Shown piece by piece: positions 27,254-35,343 of a DNA stretch of 64,000 nt (positions are counted from its first letter, which is position 1; each line of letters opens with the position of its first letter). This DNA comes from an uncultured Bacteroidales bacterium (GTDB lineage Bacteria > Bacteroidota > Bacteroidia > Bacteroidales > UBA932): the NCBI GenBank assembly GCA_944323775.1, contig CALUTT010000015.1, forward strand, positions 507-64,506, in the 5' to 3' direction. Below the pieces are notes generated by a model. The model was given only the letters and a program-made list of their open reading frames with translations. It ran no database searches and was not told the DNA's origin. Both the position numbers and the translations under genes were made by a program.

Positions 27254-28399
27254 TCAGTTCTGCTCTTTTTCTCTGGAAGTCACCGGATTGCCGTAAATGC
27301 CCAAAAATATCTTCCTGAGGGCGTCACGGTCAAGGGACCTCTCCACTTTGGACATCTTTCGTTCGGTATAGGCCTTGAACGCCTCGAGGTCTTCCTTTCC
27401 GTAATAGTCCGAGTACTTAGTGGTGCCGTTCATCAGGTCATATCCCATGTAGTTGGTCTTCCATAGCCTGTAGCCATGTATTATCCTGTCGTCCAACGTT
27501 TTCCTTATTGACTGATACCTGTCGTTCTTGTCGCAGGCCGAAGCTGCCGAGATCTCGTCCTCGGTGAGCGGACGGTCGATGTGCAGGTGTATCCGGCCCT
27601 TCCACTGGCTGATTCCGCTGATAATGCTGTGTATGTCCTCGTGTCTCTTCTTGACATACTTGTGGCTGCGGGAAATGAGCATCTCACGTGCCTTGCGGAT
27701 GTCACATGGCTCGTATTCGTATGAAATGCTCATCGGTGTGATGTTCAAGTCCATGAAGTTCTGCTTGAAGTCTTTCTGTCCGCTCATGTCGAACATCTTC
27801 AGAAGGCCCTGCTCGGTCTTGTCGTTCCCGTCCTTTGTACGGCCCTCCCTCTGTGCAATCCACACCGAACTTGCACCGCTCGTGACGCGTTCTCTGATAT
27901 ATGCGGACAAGGTCTTGGAGTTAAGGTACATCTCCCTTGCCGATATTCCCCTGATGACCTTGATCATGCGGTTCGACCGCAGCAGATCGGAGACCATCCT
28001 GTTGCCTGTGAGAAGGTTGGAGCCTACGCATATTTCGGTCAGAGGCATGCCGTTGTTGAACAGTGTCCACTGGACCAGTGCCGGGTCGAGGATGATGTCC
28101 CTGTGGTTCGAGACTGCAAGGAAGGTCTTGCCGCTTTTTATGTTTTCGAATCCGTCATAACTGAATCCTGACGAACTTCTTGTAATCGCGGCTATGATGA
28201 CCCTGGACATCACGACTTCCTGGAACTCCTCGACAGAGCTGATCCCGAGCAGCAGATGTCTGAGTGTGTTGAATGGCTGGTCGGGGAACAGGAATTTCGA
28301 CACTATCGGGAGGAAAGGGTTCTTTGCGACTCTCTGCAGTGCCTTGACGGCCTCTTCGTCGGAGTTCGGACTTATGTCGGTAAAATCGTAGTCACTCAT
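27254..28399 (-). CDS. Glycerol-phosphate acyltransferase (PlsC-like)
   Basis: SNHRDIILD (NHxxxxD) and IAQREGRTKDG motifs. Confidence 0.85.
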   Translation of the reverse strand: MSDYDFTDISPNSDEEAVKALQRVAKNPFLPIVSKFLFPDQPFNTLRHLLLGISSVEEFQEVVMSRVIIAAITRSSSGFSYDGFENIKSGKTFLAVSNHRDIILDPALVQWTLFNNGMPLTEICVGSNLLTGNRMVSDLLRSNRMIKVIRGISAREMYLNSKTLSAYIRERVTSGASSVWIAQREGRTKDGNDKTEQGLLKMFDMSGQKDFKQNFMDLNITPMSISYEYEPCDIRKAREMLISRSHKYVKKRHEDIHSIISGISQWKGRIHLHIDRPLTEDEISAASACDKNDRYQSIRKTLDDRIIHGYRLWKTNYMGYDLMNGTTKYSDYYGKEDLEAFKAYTERKMSKVERSLDRDALRKIFLGIYGNPVTSREKEQN

Positions 28400-29631
28400 T
28401 ACTTGCGTGTTTTGTCTGTGGATTCTCTTCTGTAAAGGAGCGAACTGTCGCCATAGCTCAGGAAGCGGAAATCGTGGCCAAGCGCATAGTCGTATATGCT
28501 GCGCCAGTCCCCTCCGACAAAGGCGGAGATAAGCAGCAGAAGAGTGCTCTGCGGCTGATGGAAGTTCGTTACGAGCATGTCGACTGCCCTGAACCTGAAT
28601 CCGGGGACAATGATGATTCTGGTGCCGAGGCTGAGGGATTCCAGGGAATTCCTCTCCAGGTATGTCACGATGGCTTCCAGGGCCTGGGCCGTTTCATATG
28701 GATATTCCCGCGTATACGGATCCCACTGCCCGATGTCTGAGGGTTCGCCATTCTCTATGCAGCTGACGCCGGCATAGTAGAGACTTTCCAGTGTCCTTAC
28801 GGAGGTCGTGCCGACGGCAATCACCTTTTTGTGAGAATTCAGCAAGTCTTTGATGAAGGCTGCGCTGACCACAAACGGTTCCCGGTGCATGGGGTGGCCT
28901 TCTATCAGGGAGCTCTTTACCGGAAGGAAAGTTCCGGCCCCGACATGCAGGCATATTGTCTCCATGTCTACTCCCTTGTCGGATATCTCCTTGAGGACTT
29001 CCTGAGTAAAGTGCAGCCCCGCTGTCGGGGCGGCGACGGATCCGCGGATATGAGCGTACAGTGTCTGGTAGCGCTCGATGTCTATCTGTTCGGTCTCCCT
29101 GTTCAGATACGGCGGGATAGGAACCTGCCCGCATAGTTCAAGTACCTTCGAGAAAGGTATGTCCGTCTCCCAGGAGAACCTGACCACGCCCGTCTCGCCA
29201 CTGCGGGACACGAGGCTTGCCTTGAGGTTCATCCCGGACGCGCTGCTTCCTTCGGGAGAGTCGAACGAGAGGATGTCGTCTTTCCACCGTTTGGCATTTC
29301 CGATCACGCATTTCCATGTGCATGATCCTATGGACGCGAAGCTGGAGACGTATTCAGAAGGGTTGACGGGTTCCAGGCAGAATATCTGAATCCTGGCTCC
29401 GGTATCCCTTCTGAAGAACAGCCTTGCCGGAACGACCTTGGTGTCGTTGAACACCATGATGCTATCGGGCGGGAGCAGTCCCGGGATTTCCCTGAAGATG
29501 GTCTCCGATATCTTGCCGTTGCTGTCGTATATCAGCAGTTTTGACATATCCCTGCGCTCGAGGGGATATTTCGCAATTCTTTCCTCCGGCAGGCAGTAGT
29601 TGTAGTCTTCAATTCTTATTTCAGGAATCAT
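28399..29631 (-). CDS. queA: S-adenosylmethionine:tRNA ribosyltransferase-isomerase
   Basis: FNDTKVVPARL, PIPPYL, RYQT, GSVAAPTAGLHF, LHVGAGTF, AVGTTSVR, TNFHQPQSTL, FLSYGD. Confidence 0.95.
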   Translation of the reverse strand: MIPEIRIEDYNYCLPEERIAKYPLERRDMSKLLIYDSNGKISETIFREIPGLLPPDSIMVFNDTKVVPARLFFRRDTGARIQIFCLEPVNPSEYVSSFASIGSCTWKCVIGNAKRWKDDILSFDSPEGSSASGMNLKASLVSRSGETGVVRFSWETDIPFSKVLELCGQVPIPPYLNRETEQIDIERYQTLYAHIRGSVAAPTAGLHFTQEVLKEISDKGVDMETICLHVGAGTFLPVKSSLIEGHPMHREPFVVSAAFIKDLLNSHKKVIAVGTTSVRTLESLYYAGVSCIENGEPSDIGQWDPYTREYPYETAQALEAIVTYLERNSLESLSLGTRIIIVPGFRFRAVDMLVTNFHQPQSTLLLLISAFVGGDWRSIYDYALGHDFRFLSYGDSSLLYRRESTDKTRK

Positions 29632-29635
29632 GCTG

Positions 29636-29643
29636 CAAAATTA
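29636..29643 (-). promoter_or_regulatory. -7 element TAATTTTG for queA
   Basis: Plus-strand CAAAATTA, 4 nt upstream of the ATG. Confidence 0.6.
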
Positions 29644-30066
29644 ACATTTTTACTCTTATTCCATACCGTACTTTTGTTTACAAATGTTTAGCATTTGTTA
29701 ATTTGTGTAAATAATTCCCAATTAACATATGTTTTGTAAACTGTTTACATGTGTTTGCGATAAATTTTTCTTATGTCGCCTTTGTTGAGTGTTTAATATG
29801 ATGATAATCAGGCATATATTATATTTGACTAAATTGATTGTTTCTCGTCTGGAGTGGCATTTGCCGCGTATTTGTCCCTTGAGTCGGGCTTTTGGCTGTC
29901 AATTTCAGTATTATTCTATTAATTATCAGGTATATCGCCCCTGATAGCTAAAGTTGGATTTAGCGAAATTCATTCACAATTTATCAACATCGGGGTGTTG
30001 TTAACATGTGTAAAGTTTGTTTTAGTTGAAACTATTGATTACTTTTGTAACCACAAAGTTCCGCAC
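29641..30066. other. AT-rich intergenic region with repeated TGTAAA/TTTACA motifs
   Basis: Palindrome TGTAAAC-T-GTTTACA at 29735-29749, further copies at 29675, 29706 and 30009, and TTATCAACA near 29981. Confidence 0.55.
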
Positions 30067-30489
30067 ATGAACAATCGCCTTCTTCAGTTTATGCGTGCTG
30101 AAAATATCAGCCAGGCCCAGTTCGCCGACACCATCGGCGTGACCAGGGCAAGCATCTCGCATATTCTGTCGGGACGCAACAAGCCGGGGTACGATTTCCT
30201 CTACAGTGTCAGCCGTCACTATCCTGCCCTGAATATCGACTGGCTTATTACGGGAAAAGGAAAGATGTATCTGAGGAACGATTCCCGTGGAGGCGGTTCT
30301 GATGACAATGCTTCTTCTTCTCAGGCAGTTGCCGCTCGTTCCGCAGCAGAAGGTACTGTGGACAGCCTTTCCGTCGAAGCCGGGTTTCCTGCGGCCGTTC
30401 AGAGTCAGGTTTCTCAGTCCATGCATAGTCCTTCCATAGTAAAAGTGATCGTTTTCTTTGATGACGGCAGCTACAGGGAAATAAAATAA
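30067..30489 (+). CDS. XRE-family helix-turn-helix transcriptional regulator
   Basis: ISQAQFADTIGVTRASISHILSGRNKP, NIDWLITGKG, and C-terminal IVFFDDGSY; start at 30067. Confidence 0.85.
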   Translation: MNNRLLQFMRAENISQAQFADTIGVTRASISHILSGRNKPGYDFLYSVSRHYPALNIDWLITGKGKMYLRNDSRGGGSDDNASSSQAVAARSAAEGTVDSLSVEAGFPAAVQSQVSQSMHSPSIVKVIVFFDDGSYREIK

Positions 30490-30541
30490 GTGAGATTTTG
30501 CTTATTTTTGTCCCGGTTTAGCGAGGTCTCCTCGGAAGAAG

Positions 30542-31342
30542 ATGGTGAGTCTGTATAATATCATTGTCAAGCCTTTTATCAGGCATATGGACCTGGACAG
30601 GGCTTCCAGGATAGGTCTTGGATATTTCAAGGCCCTCGGGAAGATTCCTTTCGGACGGCCTCTGACCAGGCTCCTGCACGGCAACCGTCCGAAGGTCCTT
30701 TCAAGGGAGGTCTTCGGCCTGCATTTTTACAATCCTGTCGGACTGGGCGCCGGGCTTGACATTCACGGCGAGCTTTACAATGATCTGAACAACATGGGTT
30801 TCAGCTTCATGGAGGTCGGCCCCATGGGGTCTGCCGGAGTGCGCAGGGCAATCGCGCACATTCAGTCAGACCCTCCCAAAGACATACTTGCCGTGTGCAT
30901 TGACTCGGACCACCATACCGCCTTTACCCTTGCATATGATTTCTTTGACTTCTTTGTCATTGACATGAGTAAGGATCCCTTCAATTATGATATTCCTGAT
31001 GCGATACTCGAATCCAGGATAGCGGAAAAGGAGTACAAGCCTGTTGTGATGAAGTATCCGGAGCGGATGACCGGCGGAGCACTGGACAGCCTGACGGACT
31101 ACTGCCTGCTTAACGGTGTGGACGGCATCGAACTCAGGGATATTGACCAGGTGTCCAGAGTATGGAAACATTCGGAAGGCAAGCTTCCGATAATCGCAAA
31201 CTGCCATATCGACAGTCCTCTCGAGGCCGCCCGGTCTCTTGAATCAGGAGCTTCTCTAGTCGAGATAAGGACTGGATTTGTCCGGGAAGGGCCTCAGGTA
31301 GTGTCACAGATGCTGGATTTCCTTTCAGAAAATGAACAATAA
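30542..31342 (+). CDS. Degenerate class-2 dihydroorotate dehydrogenase-like protein
   Basis: N-terminal VFGLHFYNPVGLGAG and C-terminal GASLVEIRTG..EGP resemble PyrD, but the central catalytic motifs are absent. Confidence 0.6.
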   Translation: MVSLYNIIVKPFIRHMDLDRASRIGLGYFKALGKIPFGRPLTRLLHGNRPKVLSREVFGLHFYNPVGLGAGLDIHGELYNDLNNMGFSFMEVGPMGSAGVRRAIAHIQSDPPKDILAVCIDSDHHTAFTLAYDFFDFFVIDMSKDPFNYDIPDAILESRIAEKEYKPVVMKYPERMTGGALDSLTDYCLLNGVDGIELRDIDQVSRVWKHSEGKLPIIANCHIDSPLEAARSLESGASLVEIRTGFVREGPQVVSQMLDFLSENEQ

Positions 31343-31811
31343 AAGAGACAATGTCCAGACTCGGGTCGGCAGGCTGCTGCTCGAGCGCAAGGCGACCCTG
31401 AGTGTCGCCGAGTCCTGCACTGGCGGGCAGATTTCACATCTTGTAACCATGGTTTCCGGATCGTCTGCATATTATCTCGGATCCGTCACCTCTTATGCCG
31501 TAAGTGTGAAGGAAAAGGTCCTTTCGGTACCGGACGAGACTGTCACCCGGCATGGAGTCGTGAGTTCGGAGGTCGCTGCCGCCATGGCGGAAGGTGTCAG
31601 GAATCTCATGGGGAGTACGTATTCAGTTGCCACAACGGGGCTGGCTGAAGGAGGCGACGGACACTATCCGGAAGGGACCGTGTGGATGGCGGTTAGCGGT
31701 CCGCGTGGCACTCTCACAAGGATTTTCAACTGCAATCTCGGCCGCAAGGGCAATATCAGGCGCTTTGCCTCAGAAGCATTGAAGTTTTTGGAGGAATATA
31801 TTTCAGCTTAG
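31332..31811 (+). CDS. CinA C-terminal family (nicotinamide-nucleotide amidohydrolase, PncC-like)
   Basis: SVAESCTGG, GSSAYYLGSVTSY, GVVSSEVAAAMAEG, ATTGLA. Confidence 0.85.
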   Translation: MNNKRDNVQTRVGRLLLERKATLSVAESCTGGQISHLVTMVSGSSAYYLGSVTSYAVSVKEKVLSVPDETVTRHGVVSSEVAAAMAEGVRNLMGSTYSVATTGLAEGGDGHYPEGTVWMAVSGPRGTLTRIFNCNLGRKGNIRRFASEALKFLEEYISA

Positions 31812-31869
31812 CGCAATTATCTGATTATCAAGACAAGTAACAAAAATGTTAAATCATATAACATTTTTG

Positions 31870-33783
31870 TTACTCTATCAGACTGCCCCATTCTTCCGTC
31901 TTTGCGTCCAGATCCCTCTTGCATTCCAGGTATTCTCTGGTAAGTTCCATCACATCGTCCTTGTCGGAGGGTGCCGACAGGATTTGTTCAATCTGCTGCA
32001 TCCGGGTTTCGAGTTTCCCGATTTCGCTCTCAAGGAACGAGATGCGGTTTTTCCGCTTGCGGTCGGTCTTTGTTTCCTGACGGCGCCTTTCGTCTTCGAT
32101 CCGCCTGGCTTCCTTGCCGGCGTCCGGAGCGGCTTTTGCCGCCGGAAGCTTGCGTTCCAGTTCCTGCAGGTTTTCGATCTTGCGTTTGGCGAGGAACTCG
32201 GATATGCTGCCGAGATGTTCCGTAACGCGTCCGTCCCTGAACTCGTAGAGCTTGTCGACCAGCCCGTCCAGGAAGTCTCGGTCATGTGAAACGACGATCA
32301 GCGTTCCGTCGTATGAGTTGAGCGCCTGCTTGAGGATATCCTTCGACTTTACGTCCATATGGTTCGTAGGCTCGTCAAGCAGCAGCAGGTTGTAGCTCTG
32401 GAGCATCAGCTTCGACATCCCCAGTCTCGCCCTTTCACCTCCGGAGAGCACGGAAACCTTTTTGTCTATGTCTTCTCCTCTGAAAAGGAACTGGGCCAGC
32501 AGGTCGCGGAGTTTGGTGCGGATATCACCTACCGCGATTCTGTCCAGTGTGGAGAATACCGTCTCGTTCTTGTCCAGTACGTCCTCCTGATTCTGTGCGT
32601 AGTATCCGATGTTGACGTTGTAGCCGGTCTTTGCGGTGCCAGAGAGCGGGGCGAGTTCCGATGTGATGATTCTCATCATAGTGGTCTTGCCTTCTCCGTT
32701 GCGTCCGACGAATGCGACCTTCTCTCCCCTTTTTATTTCCATGTTGGCGTGCTCGAAGACAACCTTGCCCGGATAGCCGGCACTCAGGTCGTCGCACTTG
32801 AAAACCACGTCCCCGGAGCGCGGTGCCGGCGGGAACTTTACAGTGAGCCTGACGTTGTCGGTTTCATCTATTTCTATGCGGTCCAGCTTTTCAAGGGCCT
32901 TGATCCTGGACTGGACCTGGTTGGACTTGGTGGGCTTGTACCTGAACGTCTGGATGAATTCCTCGGTCTTCTGGATCATCCTCTGCTGGTTTTCATACGC
33001 GGCCTTCTGCTGCTGTATCCTCTCGGCCCTGAGTTCGAGATACTTGGAGTACGGCACCTTGTAGTCGTGGATATGTCCGAGCATGATTTCGACTGTGCGG
33101 TTCGTCACGTTGTCAAGGAAACGCCTGTCATGGCTGACCAGAAGCAGAGAGCAGCGGACTGACTTGAGATAGTCTTCAAGCCATTCTATGGATTCAATGT
33201 CGAGGTGATTCGTCGGCTCGTCGAGGAGCAGCACCCCCGGCTTGCTCAGCAGTATCTTGGCAAGCTCGATGCGCATGTTCCACCCCTGGGAGAAAGTCTC
33301 GGTCTTTCTTGAAAGTTCGGAATCGCGGAAGCCCAGTCCGAGCAATGTCCTTCTGGCCTGGACCTCGGGAGGTTCACTGTCTGCAACCGAGAGTGAGTCG
33401 TTCAGGGCGGTCAGCCGCTCGATCAGCCTTGAATATTCCTCGGACTCATAGTCGGTGCGGTTTCCGAGCTCCTGCGTGATTCTCGCGATTTCCTGTTCGG
33501 TCTTGGTGTTTTCTCCGAACACGCTCATCGTCTCCTCAAGTACACTCAGCCCCTTGTGGTGCTCCATTATCTGTGGAAGATATCCGATCTTCAGGTCCGA
33601 AGGCATGTCAATGTGCCCGGAGGTAGGGCTCTGAAGCCCGCATATCATCTTGAGTATCGTAGACTTGCCTGCCCCGTTCTTTCCTACGAGTCCTATCTTG
33701 TCATTGTCACTGATGTGGAAACTGATATTGTCGAGCAGGACGAATCCTCCGTAAGCTACGGTAACTCCTTCAAGTGAAATCAT
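31870..33783 (-). CDS. ABC-F family ATP-binding protein
   Basis: Two Walker A motifs (GKNGAGKST, GRNGEGKTT), LLDEPTNH twice, interdomain linker, no transmembrane segments. Confidence 0.92.
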   Translation of the reverse strand: MISLEGVTVAYGGFVLLDNISFHISDNDKIGLVGKNGAGKSTILKMICGLQSPTSGHIDMPSDLKIGYLPQIMEHHKGLSVLEETMSVFGENTKTEQEIARITQELGNRTDYESEEYSRLIERLTALNDSLSVADSEPPEVQARRTLLGLGFRDSELSRKTETFSQGWNMRIELAKILLSKPGVLLLDEPTNHLDIESIEWLEDYLKSVRCSLLLVSHDRRFLDNVTNRTVEIMLGHIHDYKVPYSKYLELRAERIQQQKAAYENQQRMIQKTEEFIQTFRYKPTKSNQVQSRIKALEKLDRIEIDETDNVRLTVKFPPAPRSGDVVFKCDDLSAGYPGKVVFEHANMEIKRGEKVAFVGRNGEGKTTMMRIITSELAPLSGTAKTGYNVNIGYYAQNQEDVLDKNETVFSTLDRIAVGDIRTKLRDLLAQFLFRGEDIDKKVSVLSGGERARLGMSKLMLQSYNLLLLDEPTNHMDVKSKDILKQALNSYDGTLIVVSHDRDFLDGLVDKLYEFRDGRVTEHLGSISEFLAKRKIENLQELERKLPAAKAAPDAGKEARRIEDERRRQETKTDRKRKNRISFLESEIGKLETRMQQIEQILSAPSDKDDVMELTREYLECKRDLDAKTEEWGSLIE

Positions 33784-33800
33784 TTCTTTTGCCTCTTTCT

Positions 33801-34394
33801 TTATCGTTCGAATATCATCTTTTCAAAAAATTCCGGACGGTGGAAGTCCGGTGAATTGGTGTGCACCGGGGCGTAGCTCAGGTAGTGCCTTTCGGGAAGC
33901 TTGTTCCCGCAGCAGTAGAGGTTGCCGCTTGCCTTGTCAAGAAGCTCCAGGCCGCTGACTTCATGTCTTGCGAAGACCGCGGCCGGAATGTCGAGGGCGA
34001 GGTCCCATGATGTACGTTCCAGTCTCAGTCCGAAGGCTTCCTCCCCCAGAGAGGCGTGCCTGCGCACCAGCGCATATGATTCTGGAGGGAGAGCGCACCT
34101 GTCATTCCTGCCTGTGCCTGATGCCATCAGCAGTTTACCGGTGCAACTGCACTCGATGTTATAGTATATCCCGTCATCGTACGGCGCAAAGAAGAACTCC
34201 ACGCACGAATCCTCCCATACATTCTGGCCGTCAGCAGTGCACACACCTCTGACGGAGGGCTCGTCGACGTGGAAGACAAGGTGTATGGTCTTTGAGTCAT
34301 GCCAGATGTCGGCGCTTGCCTTGCAGTCCTCGCAGAATCCTTTCCAGTTGCGGCAGTCAAGGCCGTATGTAGTCTTCACTTTCCTGATGAGCAT
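33801..34394 (-). CDS. Carbohydrate-binding family 9-like protein
   Basis: VWEDSCVEFFF, YYNIECSC, GNLYCCG and DFHRPEFF motifs. Confidence 0.7.
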   Translation of the reverse strand: MLIRKVKTTYGLDCRNWKGFCEDCKASADIWHDSKTIHLVFHVDEPSVRGVCTADGQNVWEDSCVEFFFAPYDDGIYYNIECSCTGKLLMASGTGRNDRCALPPESYALVRRHASLGEEAFGLRLERTSWDLALDIPAAVFARHEVSGLELLDKASGNLYCCGNKLPERHYLSYAPVHTNSPDFHRPEFFEKMIFER

Positions 34395-35131
34395 AGCAGT
34401 ATCGATAATTCGTATAGCAGGTACAGCGGAGCTGTGAGAATGAGCATGGAAAACGGGTCGGAAGGGGTGATGATGGCCGAAAAGATCAGTATCGCGACGA
34501 AAGCGTATTTCCTGGCTCCTTTCAAGGTTTCAGCCGAGACGGTCCCGAGCCTGGAGAGCACCATGACCACTGTCGGGAATTCGAACGCCAGCCCGACCAG
34601 CATCACCATCGAATTGAACATGGACATGTACGATGATATCGTGATGGTATTGGCAATCTCCGGCGATATTGTATAGTCCACGAAGAATCTCAGGCACACG
34701 GGAAGCAGCACGAAATAGCCGCAAGCGACTCCGGCATAGAAAAGTGCTCCGCCGACCGTGAAAGCCAGCCTCAGCGCCTTTTTCTCGTTTTCGTACAGGG
34801 CCGGAACTATGAACTTCCAGATTTCGTACAGGATGAACGGGAACGACAGGACCAGGCCTGCGCACAGGGCGGCCTTGAGATGGACGAAAAACTGTCCGCT
34901 GACCTCGGTATTGATAAGATCCATCCCGAAGTCCCAGCCCAGAATCCTGTAAACGCAGAAGGAACTGCGCGACGGGGCGAGTATTATCTCGGACAGGATT
35001 CCCTTGAAGATGAAGCCCAGGCACGAGAACGCAAACAGATACACTACCGAGCGGAACAGGGTCCCTCTCAGTACGTCAAGATGGTCCCAGAAGGTCATCC
35101 TGTCAGGGTCTGCACTCCGTACCGGCGCCAC
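34376..35131 (-). CDS. tatC: Twin-arginine translocase subunit TatC
   Basis: MTFWDHLDVLR, WKFIVPALY, FEFP, SAIITPSDP, LYELSI. Confidence 0.92.
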   Translation of the reverse strand: MAPVRSADPDRMTFWDHLDVLRGTLFRSVVYLFAFSCLGFIFKGILSEIILAPSRSSFCVYRILGWDFGMDLINTEVSGQFFVHLKAALCAGLVLSFPFILYEIWKFIVPALYENEKKALRLAFTVGGALFYAGVACGYFVLLPVCLRFFVDYTISPEIANTITISSYMSMFNSMVMLVGLAFEFPTVVMVLSRLGTVSAETLKGARKYAFVAILIFSAIITPSDPFSMLILTAPLYLLYELSILLCSSGK

Positions 35132-35133
35132 CC

Positions 35134-35322
35134 CTACTCCTTTTTCGTGTCGTCTCCTTCGGTCTTGTCGTCAATTTCGTTCAGGCCTTCCCTGAAACTC
35201 CTGACACCCTTTCCGATACCTTTCATCAGTTCGGGTATCTTCTTCCCTCCGAAGACGAGCAGTATTATCAGAGCGACGATTACCAGTTCCCATCCACCGA
35301 TCATCAAAGGATATGCTAGCAT
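35134..35322 (-). CDS. tatA: Twin-arginine translocase subunit TatA
   Basis: WELVIVALIILLVFGGKKIPELMKGIGKGVRSFREG. Confidence 0.92.
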   Translation of the reverse strand: MLAYPLMIGGWELVIVALIILLVFGGKKIPELMKGIGKGVRSFREGLNEIDDKTEGDDTKKE

Positions 35323-35343
35323 ATAATACTGTTTTTATGTGTC

